39,179 bases of DNA from positions 1 to 39,179 of the forward strand of contig RHPI01000733.1 of assembly GCA_009103225.1 (NCBI GenBank), given 5' to 3'. Source of the DNA: Chlorokybus atmophyticus. Lineage: Eukaryota; Plantae; Mesostigma and Chlorokybus algae. Of this stretch, positions 23,136 to 37,611 are shown piece by piece. Made by a program: the position numbers and the translations under genes. The notes under the pieces were generated by a model that was not told where the DNA came from, did no database searches, and was given only the letters and a program-made list of their open reading frames with translations. Positions within the stretch are counted from its first letter, which is position 1; each line of letters begins with the position of its first letter.

Positions 23136-23197
23136 CATGTTTAGGTCGTCATGGACGTGAGGGAGGCCTCCCTCACGTCCATGACGACCCAAACATG
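23136..23197. repeat. 62-bp spacerless palindrome
   Basis: CATGTTTAGGTCGTCATGGACGTGAGGGAGG|CCTCCCTCACGTCCATGACGACCCAAACATG; 31-bp arms with one mismatch. Confidence 0.97.
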
Positions 23198-23699
23198 GTG
23201 TTTAAAGCGTATCTACAGTCAGATACCGAGCTGACAGCATATGTGAGGTACTATGGTATCATGCGCAGCTGTTTCGGAGTTGCGATTTCGGTAAGCCATA
23301 ACTTACAGTTGGAGTGGCGGTTTGGCCGTGGGTAGGCGTAAAATGCTGCGTCTTGAAGTGTGCTAGAAGAGGATGAGCTTGGAGAAGCAATGTCCTGAAC
23401 TATTTATCGTTTCACAACGCCATCATGACTGTTACTTTGCTGGTGCAGACCGATAGTTAGATAGTTGCAGTGTTAGTTGGGCTTTAGCTCTTGGCGGTGT
23501 TATATAAGGCTTTGCTAGCTTGTTTCCTAATTTAATTAGATGCAAATTAGCCTGCTGCAGTGCAAGCAACACCTTTCAGAAGAGGTTCTCGACTGAGCAA
23601 ATGCTTGTGCACATGCTTGCATGTATGGTATGTGTAATGCGGCTAGTGGTTACGCTTTAAGTGCTTAGACATACGTGAGATAGACAATTAACAAGCACT

Positions 23700-24396
23700 T
23701 GTGCGTGCTGCTACAACACAGACACGGTGTGGAACAGTTAGCTACAAATGTCTACATTGTAGATGTTGACATATGTAGGTGTCAATGAGACCGACATTAA
23801 CGTGGGCAAGTTGGCCACAAATGTCCAATACATGGATGTATCTATTACATAGGCAAAGACCTATAAAAAGACAAGTATGTAGATATTGCTGCTCCGATTT
23901 TGATAGTATAAAGACTCATGTCTGAAGAATATCCAACGAGTCAAGCACTGATATCGCACATAAGGGTGTGAGTGTCTTAGCAACAAATGTCCACATCGTA
24001 GAAGACAATGTGGATATCACATGTGCGCTTGTCTTGAAGGTCCTAGAAGATGCATATGTTCATTGGACAAGAGCAAATGCGGATATGGCTGGGAAGTATG
24101 ATGTTATTGCAAACCGCAATACGGACATTGCGAAATGGTATGCACAATCCATGGCCACGAGACCGTCTGACCAATACTATAAGACCAAGGTACAATCTCA
24201 TTCATTGCTCATACTCAGGGGTACGAAATTCTTCAAGATGATTGATGTGAACCTAGTAAGGGCAAGTACAAAAGTGCTTGTCACAAGATGGTTGGCCGCC
24301 TTCGATTACACTAGGGTCCGAACGAGGTGGAGACGCCCACTACCCATTGTGGCTAAGATAAGGCACAAGGGGTATATAAGTGAGCATGCTAAGTAG
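23700..24396 (+). pseudogene. Decayed intronless ORF with an internal peptide repeat (LATNV), function unknown
   Basis: RHGVEQLATNVYIVDVDIC (about 23720-23775), NVGKLATNVQYMDVSIT (about 23800-23850) and HKGVSVLATNVHIVEDNVDITC (about 23960-24025) are separated by frameshifts and stops; the last runs into ORF 23968-24396. Confidence 0.5.
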
Positions 24397-24569
24397 GCAA
24401 GGAAGGGGGATGGGAGACTTGGGCTTACCTTGCCTTGGCGTGCTTGCTCGTGTGGGCTTTCACGTGGGGTGTTCAGGTGAAAGGCCGTTCAAGGGGGTGC
24501 CAAAGCTGTTCAACCTCAAGGAGTTAAGCTTGTCTTGTGTGTGAGTGTGTACACTTGGTGGACGTGCTT

Positions 24570-24706
24570 ACACTTGCACGTGTGAGTGTATGCACGGTGC
24601 CAACACTTGTGTGTGAGTGCATGTCGTGCACTCACACACACTTGCACGTGTGAGTGTATGCACGGTGCCAACACTTGTGTGTGAGTGCATGTCGTGCACT
24701 CACACA
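24570..24706. repeat. 68-bp tandem duplication
   Basis: CACTTGCACGTGTGAGTGTATGCACGG... starts at 24571 and again at 24639. Confidence 0.9.
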
Positions 24707-25614
24707 CACACGGTGTGAGAGTACTAACACAAGTGTGTATACGTTGCTAACATTTGTAGGTGAGTGTTTCCACGGTGAGAGGGAGTGCTTGCACTTGTTT
24801 GCAAGTGCGTGCACGAAGTAGAGTGCTAGACCCTCTTAGGCCGCCTAAGAGGGCCTTGAAGAACTAAGTGTTCAAGCTTAAGGCGTTGCATCTATCTCGA
24901 AGCCAAGCATGCTACGAAGTGGCATAGCCTTGCGCAAGTTAAGAGTAAGTTGTAAGCTAATGCGCCATGATAGTCTGGTGTTGTAGTGAGAAGACTACGT
25001 GTAGCTCGTGCACAAGTGTGCATGAGGGCTTTGTAAGTTATATAGCGTGACTCATTTGAGGTACAAGTGTATGAAGCTTGGGCCGGCATTATCGTGTGTG
25101 CACGCATGTGGGTTGCTGTGCACGAAGCACGATGTGTGTGTCATTACTGTGACTTTCAAGTTGATGCACCGTATGGGCTGCCTTAGCATGTACATGTTGT
25201 GAGGAACGAGTCTGCTCTACACGAGTGAAGGGCTACTCTTCACGAGTGAAGGGCTAATTACAAGTCAAGTTGTGGTCATCTTGCACTACGTTCTGCAAGG
25301 AGACGCATCTTTCATGTGTGTGTCTACTCCATGTGATAGATGGTGCATAAGACAGCATGACATGGTCTCATGGTGTACAATAGCATGCGTACATGCATGG
25401 CAAGGGGGTTACGACGAATTTGAGCTACGATAAGGGAAGGCATGCTATGCGCACGACACACAAATGGCTACATTGAGATCAGCACGCATAGCACTACAGG
25501 CTTCATAATGCCTTGCCTCCGCGGAGTATTGGCATGCTTATTACGTTAGGTTAAAGTAATAGCATAATTCTATTACTATTACTGAACGTAAAGGATAGCA
25601 TAAGGAGGTCAAAC

Positions 25615-26058
25615 TTTGACCTGAGGTATGCTTGTTGGTGGACACGTTCAAAGCCAGGCAGCGACGCGAGGTTGCTGGTGGACGTCACGATTACTGTACC
25701 GCGAGCGACAGTAGCACGTGCAGCTGAGCAGGGGAAGGGGAGGAAGTACCACGACCACTACCCAGCTGACTCTTTCGTGCCGCTAGCTATGGAGACACAC
25801 GGTTGGTTGGGAGAGCCGTTTATGCAGCTGCGCACGGACTGTGCGCGCCAAGTTGTGCAGCTGCGGGGCATCGAGGCGAGATGCACGGTGTGCTTTGGCC
25901 CAATACCGCCAGCAAGCGTCGGTGACACTACAGCGCAAGCGATGACGATGTTGGCGCTCACCACCGCGGCAATCCGGCTCACCGAGAAACGCCTGGACGA
26001 TGCGGTCCCCGCGACAGCTCTGGCTGATGTTGCTGCTCTGACGCATGATGTTGTGTAG
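25615..26058 (+). mobile_element. Restriction-like endonuclease fragment, 3' remnant of an RLE-type non-LTR retrotransposon
   Basis: LLVDVTIT...AAEQGKGRKY...FVPLAMETHGWLG matches the D-x-K..KY..FxPxxxETxG pattern of RLE domains; no RT is seen upstream. Confidence 0.65.
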
Positions 26059-27940
26059 GTGGTTGTGTAGGTCATCTACACAACCATCTACACACCAACA
26101 GCGTTATCCGCATGAGTAGGCGTGGACATGAACGGTTGGGTATGATGTACAACTTGCCCACGAGCATGCGTTTCCATGAAATAGACTTTGTGATGGATGT
26201 TGTAGATAGTCAGCGCCATTGCTTCAGCTTTCAGGCGGTAGCAGCGGCGGCGGCGGAGGCGGTGAAGGCGGTCGGGAAGGAGGTGGAGGAGGTGGAGGTT
26301 TCCTGTTTTCAAGACAGGCAAGCGGTTTGTATTGGGCTGCTTTGGTTTGCATACTCAGCTGCAGCTGTGCTTGCGGCAGGCTATGCTTGTCGTGTGCAAC
26401 AACACACAGTTCTAAGCTTGAGTCGTTCCGGTAGGTGGTGTGGCAGTTGACACATAATGCATCGATTTGTGTGCTTAATCTCAACAATCAGGCAATAAAG
26501 CAATGCACACTATGCGCACCGTGACAACTTTGCGTGTGCGCCAGCTAGCACTCAATGTCAAGTTGACCGTGTACAAAACGCATGCCACGCAGTTCAGCTG
26601 AACGTATGAGTGTACAGCTGCATATGCATGCACGTGGCCCACATGTAACACTATGCACAGTATCACTGCCAGAGTGCGACCACCGAGTTAGTACTGCTTG
26701 CTAAGCACGCAGCTACTGTAGCTACTACTTCACCACAACTACCATGTATGTGTGCCCACGCCCATGATTATATGTGTATGCAACTGAGTGACTGTTGATT
26801 GACTGCTTGGCATACATGTGCGCTCATGTGCGCTCAAGCGCAATTTACAGTCACTGAGCCAAGAGACCATGTACAAAATGTCGCACCTCAGCACTATGTG
26901 TGTGTGCGTGTACATCCACAGGTTGTAAATGGGTATTTACAATGCAGCACATTCTAACAGACTGGAGCGAAGGGAAGTTCAGCGTTGACCATGTATAAGT
27001 GGTTTTTGAACAAATTTAATAGCAGTCGCGTGCATACGCGCAAATGGATGGAAGCTGTGCGTACACGAGATTCCGCGTGTGGGCACACATGCGCACACAC
27101 GTGCGTGCATGCGCATGACTCCGTGTCTGTGTATGACCGCTGGCTTCTGCACAACGCAAACGAAACTTCCACAAGTAGTTGCCATGTTGACTGACTATTG
27201 GAGTGACAATGGCCCTGGTTAGCTGGTATGTCGGGGTTATGAACAACCACCGGTTGACATTGTGTTGCATGCATTCAACTTTTGCTGCACACATTGCGGC
27301 TTTGGTTGGCATATTGATTGATTAGCGTTCTTTGCCAACACTGGCTTTGTCGACTTGAAGTGACTTCGCCTTTGCCATATATAACGTGCAAGAGTGCCAG
27401 ATGCAAACGGGCACGCCGCATCCGTTTGCAGTGTGCGCAGGCTGGAAGGAGCGGTGCAAGCGAGGATGGCGGTGTGGGTACAGGATATGCTGGCAGTAGT
27501 TGGAAACATGGTTTGTCGGACTGTGCTTAAGGTGTAAGTGGGTGACTGTGGGTGTGTGGGAGGAGGTGTGTGTGGGGATGGTGTCAGGGACTGCCGGATT
27601 GGCGTCGTAGTGAGCTGCGTGCACAGCACCCGTCAACCAAGCTTGCTGAGGATGTACTGAATGTTTGTGATCGGCTTCCAGGCATAAGCAGTTGCTTGTG
27701 AGTGTGAGTGTGAGTGTGTATACACGTACGCACATGTGCATGTGCATGTGTGTGCGTGTGCGTGTGGGCCAGCTAAGCACTCTGCTTTACATGTACAATA
27801 CTGCAGCGTCTAGTACAGTGCACGCTGGTCGCTATCCACATCTTCACAATCACATGCAGTCAGTCTGCACACGTGCTCTCTCACACTCCACCACCGCCCA
27901 GTGGCCACGCCGGCAGGTCTCCTGAGTCTGCCTCCACGAT

Positions 27941-27972
<32 letters not shown>

Positions 27973-27975
27973 CGG

Positions 27976-28117
27976 NNNNNNNNNNNNNNNNNNNNNNNNN
28001 NNNNNNNNNNNNNNNNNNNNNNNNNNNNNNNNNNNNNNNNNNNNNNNNNNNNNNNNNNNNNNNNNNNNNNNNNNNNNNNNNNNNNNNNNNNNNNNNNNNN
28101 NNNNNNNNNNNNNNNNN
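27976..28117. other. Assembly gap flanked by poly-G
   Basis: N run; G run at about 27942-27972. Confidence 0.99.
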
Positions 28118-28539
28118 GGGGGGGGGGGGCGGGGCGGGAGGCACTGCGCCCAATGTGGCGGTTATGTCTTTTGCATATATAGAAACAATGTGCACACTGT
28201 CTATCATCTTCTCCGTTGCTAGCAATGGTGGTTCACTCTGCGTGCATCACACAAACATGCACACATACACACGCGCTCTATACGGGACGATTGTATTGTT
28301 GAGATGCGAGAGGTGTAGACAACGCTGTAGTTGGTCCTTGCATGCAAGTAAAGGGAATGAGCTACCAAACATTCAGTGCACATGACCTACACTGCAGCTA
28401 TTGCTACGTATACCAGTTCCACCGCCAAGTCTGCGGGTTTTTAGGACGGACATGCCATGCAAGAGGATTGATATAGTCAATCTACTCAATCTACGATGTC
28501 ACACTATAGCTGGCCACTGCACCACACCGCACAAGCCTT

Positions 28540-31147
<2,608 letters not shown>

Positions 31148-31256
31148 CAAGTGGAGGCTGGCCTTACCAGCCGGACTCACAGAGAAAAAGAGAGAGCGAC
31201 AGATATAGGGAGACTTGAGGCCGGCTGTCAGGGCTAAAAGCCATGCGAGCGCTGCC

Positions 31257-31258
<2 letters not shown>

Positions 31259-31294
<36 letters not shown>
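31259..31294. repeat. (AT)n microsatellite between the divergent LRR genes
   Basis: TA run. Confidence 0.95.
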
Positions 31295-31300
<6 letters not shown>

Positions 31301-32010
31301 CAACTGTGCGCGGTTGCAGCTGTGCATTTAGTTATACGGTTAAAGGTTACCCCTGTCAGCACCGCGGGCCCGTCCCTCGTACCTACGCCGTGAGTAGAGC
31401 TGCGTAGCAAGCGGTAGGCAAGCTTACTACTGCTACAGGTACGCATGCTAGATCTTGTCAGTGGACGACACGTTTTGCAACAGTTAAATAACCATAACCT
31501 GCGCTTAACTTTGTAAGTTATATATCGCGCACACTTGCAGTGAGCTTGGAGTTGTATTGCACCCTGACCGGGGCAACGAGGTGTGTCTAGCTGCTCTCCG
31601 CCGCCTCTCATGTGAATACGTGATTCGACGGACGCGATTGTGCTGAGTCAGCTGCGATCGGCCCCACACGGCGTAGTTGCAATAATACTCGAATTGATGT
31701 ACCAGAGTCACCGCGGATGCGCAAGCCATGTACCGGACGACATCATAACCTAACGGCGTCGCCTGGACTGGACCTTGCCGCCACAGCCAATAACGACAAA
31801 GCACAGAGACAATTACCGTTAAAGCGGAACTGACCTCCGCCTGCCACAGGCTTCAAGCGCGTATTACTAACACGGGGCGCCCTGCTGCTGACAGGTTGCG
31901 CAGCTCCTACCGCAGGGTATAAACACGGCGCTCGCATTGCTTCAGCCCGACTGAGGCGTCAAGTCTCTCTCTGCGTCTAGCTGCTGGTCAGGCCGGTATC
32001 CCCAACGCCC

Positions 32011-35000
32011 ATGATGATGATAGCGGCGCCGGCAGCCTGGCTGCCTCTGATGCTGCCGCCGATATTGTTGTTGCTGCTCGGCTCAGGTAAGAGAGAGCGC
32101 TCTGCTGCTTGCCGCCCACAGCTCAACATCCAGAATCTAATTATCAATGACAGAGCCGCACAACAAGTTTTCGGCACACATGCCAATCAAAAACCCTGTC
32201 CATGGGCACGGGCGGAGTTGAGCGTTGTCTTTTTGTTTGCTTTCTGTGCATTGCGTAAGGCTGGGTGTTGTTTACCACGTGTGTTGCTGGCCTGAGGCTC
32301 AGGTGGTGTGTGCGGTTGACTGCCGGCAGCCAGTAAAACCGCATGCATATCTCCTGCGTTGCATTGCGCTGTGCTTAGGCTCTGGCTCCGGAGACGCTAA
32401 CTTGTTTGTATCCGTGTGCAGCCCGCGAGGCGTCTGCTATAACCAATCAGGAATGTAAGTCGATTGCAAACTGTGTTACATGCATGTAGTGTGCTACAGT
32501 GTAGCGGCTTATGTGCAACAGCCTTTGCATGGACACGGGGCAATGCAATGTCATTGAACTCACGCTTGCACTGGCTTGCAGTCTCTGGTCTCAAGTCACT
32601 GCAGGCGGCCATATACTACATTGATGGCAACGGCAACAAAGTGCCAGGGATCCCAAACTGGCCTGACTTGACCGCACAGCCCAGCTCTTTTGACCCCTGC
32701 ACCGTGGGCCTGGCCGGGATCGGATGTGACAACAGCGCCATCACTGTAGTGTGAGCTGATTTGTGTGCTCGGTGCTGAAACTTCCACCTGCCTGTGGCAA
32801 AAGCTCAGTTCCTTGACGCATGTTTTTGCAGGGACTTTACCGCACAGGGACTTTACAACGACCAGCCCTTGGACGGTCTCAACGACCTCCACAGTCTTCA
32901 ATACATGTAAGTGCGCAACACACATACATAAAGCTGTTTTGTGCAAACGTAGTTGAGTAAGTGGCGTCTGGAACAGCCTCATGCAGATGTGCGTCACTTA
33001 CCTGCAATAACAACCATGGTTGATGCGCAGATACCTATCTCAGAATCACTTCACCGGACCGTTGCCCGCGCTTAGCGCATACAACGCATTGTATATAATG
33101 TAAGTTTGGTAATTCTCAGCACGCCCCTATTGATTGCCTCTTTGATCGCTTGGTTGTCAAGTCGATCATGCATAGTTGGCATGCAAGAAATATCTGTGTG
33201 CAGACATGCTTCCGACAATAGCTTTTCTGGAGAGGTGCCGTCAGAGTGGAGCAACTTGATCGAGCTACGGGAACTGTAAGACTATGCTTGATTCATCACA
33301 TATGTATGCATCGACTTGGTCATTTCACATGTACATGCAGCTCCAAATCCAAGGTGACGCACGCACATACTATGCATGTACACATGTTGGTGTGCATGGC
33401 ATGAAAATCTTGAAGGTTGCTTGAGGGCACTCAGCTTAACCTGTCTGTTGTAATTTGCTGTGCAGCATACCATTGCATGTCACATGCACAGTGCACTTAT
33501 ACATTTCTGCCACATGTGTTGTTGATTAACATGCATACATGCATGCACAGGTCGCTTGGGCGCAATCAGCTTACCGGATCGTTGCCGAGCACATGGAAGA
33601 CTCTGGACAACCTTCTATATTTGTGAGTTGTGACTACATTGTAGCGTGCAGCATACCATTGCATCTGCACTTGTACACTCCCGCCACAAGCCGCCTGTGT
33701 TGTTGGCTGACATGCTTGTACAGGTATCTTGACAACAATCAACTTTCCGGGGAGTTGCCGAGCACGTTTGGCGGTTTTAACAACTTTATAAGTCTCCAAA
33801 GGCTGTGAGTTGTAACACATAGTGCATGCCGCAACACCCAATTTCTTATTGCGTATGATATTGTGCTTTTGTATGCGTTCAATCACCACGTTTCTTAACC
33901 TGGCGCATGATGTGCAGCTGGGTACAGAATAATGTTGGGCTATGTGGGAACATCCCGTTCACAACGTTCACCGACTTTGAATACGAGAACACTGGCCTTG
34001 GAAGTCCCTGCCCATCAACTCTGTCCCCAAGTCCTCCCCCTCCCCCTCCTCCTCCNNNNNNNNNNNNNNNNNNNNNNNNNNNNNNNNNNNNNNNNNNNNN
34101 NNNNNNNNNNNNNNNNNNNNNNNNNNNNNNNNNNNNNNNNNNNNNNNNNNNNNNNNNNNNNNNNNNNNNNNNNNNNNNNNNNNNNNNNNNNNNNNNNNNN
34201 NNNNNNNNNNNNNNNNNNNNNNNNNNNNNNNNNNNNNNNNNNNNNNNNNNNNNNNNNNNNNNNNNNNNNNNNNNNNNNNNNNNNNNNNNNNNNNNNNNNN
34301 NNNNNNNNNNNNNNNNNNNNNNNNNNNNNNNNNNNNNNNNNNNNNNNNNNNNNNNNNNNNNNNNNNNNNNNNNNNNNNNNNNNNNNNNNNNNNNNNNNNN
34401 NNNNNNNNNNNNNNNNNNNNNNNNNNNNNNNNNNNNNNNNNNNNNNNNNNNNNNNNNNNNNNNNNNNNNNNNNNNNNNNNNNNNNNNNNNNNNNNNNNNN
34501 NNNNNNNNNNNNNNNNNNNNNNNNNNNNNNNNNNNNNNNNNNNNNNNNNNNNNNNNNNNNNNNNNNNNNNNNNNNNNNNNNNNNNNNNNNNNNNNNNNNN
34601 NNNNNAACAATGAGGCTGGAACCTCCTCCTCCCCCTCCCCCTCCTCCTCCTCCTCCCCCTACTTCTCCTCCTCCTTCTCCTTCTCCTTCTCCTTCTCCTT
34701 CTCCTTCCTCGCCACCCCCGTTGGCCCATCGGGAGTGCAACAGGCAGCCAGCCACAGGGAGGTGGAAGCGCGAGGGAGAGGGTTCTGCTCTCACCCTCAT
34801 AAAACGCATCACCCATTGCCCGTGCGTCGCCAACAAGAGAGACTGCTGCTCCGAGTGCAAGCGTACAGATTGCTGCCTGTTCTGGTCGTTCAACAAGAGC
34901 AAGCAAGCCTGTGAGCTGTATGCTTCGACCACAAAGCCCTCTGTCTGCCTACCGTATGATGGCAACCTTCACGTGCACGCGGGTTCCAAGTGGGTGTCAG

Positions 35001-35017
35001 GCAAGCTGTGCGAATAA
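32011..35017 (+). CDS. Secreted LRR / proline-rich (SP, PPP) / PAN-Apple-like protein, copy B
   Basis: Exons 32011-32086, 32422-32454, 32582-32750, 32832-32906, 33031-33099, 33204-33275, 33551-33622, 33724-33804, 33918-35017 all join in frame with GT-AG. Plant-type LRRs (LSLGRNQLTGSLPSTW), one per phase-2 exon. C-terminal CCSECKRTDCCLFWSFNKSKQACELY is Apple/PAN-like. The proline-rich region spans gap 34056-34605. Confidence 0.85.
34056..34605. other. Assembly gap within the proline-rich exon
   Basis: N run. Confidence 0.99.
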
Positions 35018-37611
35018 AAGACTTGTGTGGCGCCGTGGCCAACTGTAATGACATGGTAGAGTGAGTAGATTGACTCCATCCTTGCATGATGTTCATCGGG
35101 ATGTTGATAGCGCGTTCCCTTTACTTGCATGCCCAGCTCAACTGTAGCATTGCCTACGTATACACCTCTCTCGCTTGCTATCGATACAACCGTGCCAAGC
35201 AGAGCGCGCGTGCATGTGTGCGGGCGTAGTGTGTGTTGGTGTGCATATGCATGCATGCACAGTGCACTACCATTGCTAGCAACGGAGAAGGTATGAAACA
35301 GCGCAGAGTGTCCACATACAAAGGACGGATGCAGGTGTGCACAGGGCGGGTACATATGGGTACATAGAGTCGTAGAGAGTGCTTAGGAAAGGCCCCGCGC
35401 ATGTGTACAAACACATATGCACATTAAAGTCCATAAGCCCCTTCAGAGTCCCAAACACAACGTCCATGCGTAACATGACAATGCAAGTATGCAAAGCGTC
35501 CTCATGGTCACCAACAACAATAGCCACCTGGTCCAGCACCAAAGTCAATGTTAACACCGCAGCACATGTGCTTGTTACTCAACTCCCAGTCCGCCAACAG
35601 CAGCGCCCCCGTCCACAGCTCATTGTGTATGACGACTTCGCACACCGTTTGCGAACTTGTGATACATAACAAGTTGTGGGTGCAGGCGTGTGGCACACGC
35701 CTTCACCCATCCACGACTGCACCCACCCGTACCCACGCATACGCATCCACACATCCACTTCTCTTTTACTTGCGGCACGACAGTGCGCAGTCGCGTGGCC
35801 ATCAGTTAAGAGCCTGATTCACAATGTTGGTCACGAGCGCCTCCTTATTCTCCTGTGAACTTGTGTACATGTTGTGTCCTCTGCGCGGGAAGAAAGACGA
35901 GGTTGTTATATGCATCGGCGTTGAGGGCGATGGCGGCGAAGACTGTGGCTGTGCGTGAGTGTGTTGATGTTAACGGTGCTGCGCACATGTGGTGGATGTG
36001 GATGTTGCGCTGGTGTCGGCCTGGACCTAGTGGGAGGGGGTGTGGTGAGTAGAGTACAGTGTTGGGCATGATGGACCGGGTGTGCAAGATGTGTGCCCAT
36101 GCCATGTTTACAGCATTGTTGTGGAGATGATTGCAATAGTTCATGTACAAACACAGTCGTACATGCATTTGTATGTGACAGTAGGTACTATGCGGGTTTT
36201 ATGGAAGGCAAGCGCATGTGTACACACATGCAAAATGGTAAGTGTGTTTGCGTGCACAACATACATGCACGAACACGAAGGTGACCCTTGCATCTATCAT
36301 GTTGGATGTTGTGCGATGCAGCTGCTTTGAACATCAGCATCGCACAAAGGTTGTGGGTGCGTGTGCATATGATTTTTACTGTACTGTCTGCAAGCAGGTG
36401 ATTAGTGTATTAACATGAGTGCATGTCAGCCACCCAATCTTTCCATTCATCAAAGGGCATATGCCCTGCATGCAGCACTAGGAGAGCGGCAGTGGTTACT
36501 TGCTAGCCATAAAATCGTTCTAGCTACTGTATCCAGTCAGCCATAGTGACAATCTCATTATAGTTGTGCAGGCGAGGTGGCTGTGTGAGTAGTAGATGCA
36601 TTGTTCACCATCATGAATGATCAACACTTGCAAAGCTGGACGACACTTATGAAAACGGTTTATAATTACCGCATCGCACGCACGGCATAGGCAACACGGA
36701 CACCATGCATGTACATGTGCTGTTTCTGTCTACATTGTTGCACGTGCATGACGTCAGGTGCATCAATATAATGGGTATTTTACACCATGCTTGTGTGCAG
36801 CACATGTGGGATAATGCATCTACTTTTAGCGGGTGCTGGGTGCAGCGATATGGGCTGCGAAAGACTCTCGCGCAAGCCTCAGAGGCTTATGTATCCGTTG
36901 TGCCGATGCTTAAATATAGTGTGTATTATACGTTGCTTTGAGCTTTTTGATCAAAAGCTCAAAGCAACGTATGATACACACTTCTTAAATTAACCACATG
37001 ACGTATGAGAGGTACGTCACACGCCCATTCAAGCACATGCACGCAGCAGCAAAGGCACTGCTCCGGCGCTTGACAGATTTCAATTATCAACACAGTCAGA
37101 GACCCTTGTTTGGTTTTGTATCTGACAGTGAAATTTTGTCTCGAAAGATGCACATTCCCCGTTTATCTGACGGAGATTCCCAGTTAATTCCCTGTCAGGT
37201 TGGAAGGATTCCCTGTTAGTGTTGCCAGGTATTGAGAGCAGCTAATCGTGCGCATGCAAGCGTGCAAGCAGAGAGCCATCTCCTGGCATGCAGGCGCCAT
37301 TGCCATGCATGTGGCCAGCGCCTTTGTCTGGTGATCAGAGTGGAGGCGTGTGTGCTGTGTACCGCCTTTGTCCTTCTCTTCTCTCCCTTCCTGACTCCGT
37401 GAGGGTCTTTGTCCTGCAAACATGCCGGAGCTGACGCCGTACACATGGATTCTCGGGGTATGTTTCGTGTGATGGGGGCGGTGATCTCGTGTGTGTGTAC
37501 AGGGTAAAGGGAAGGAGTCTTTGTGTATGTGTGCGCGTGTGTGTCTGCATGCATGCACGTGCATGTATATGTTTGGGCAAGACATGCGTAACGTATGTTC
37601 CTGTTTTGCAG

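Noticed and set aside
26224-28225. Possible further proline-rich gene on the minus strand (PPPP tracts at about 26230-26300 and 27940-28135)
   Set aside because: I could not build a consistent exon chain or recognise a domain. A gap interrupts it, and part of the ORF is the 3' flank of LRR copy A.
36700-37220. Short ORFs upstream of the transporter (36705-36941, 36998-37219)
   Set aside because: No recognisable motif or splice structure; possibly a TE remnant but unsupported.
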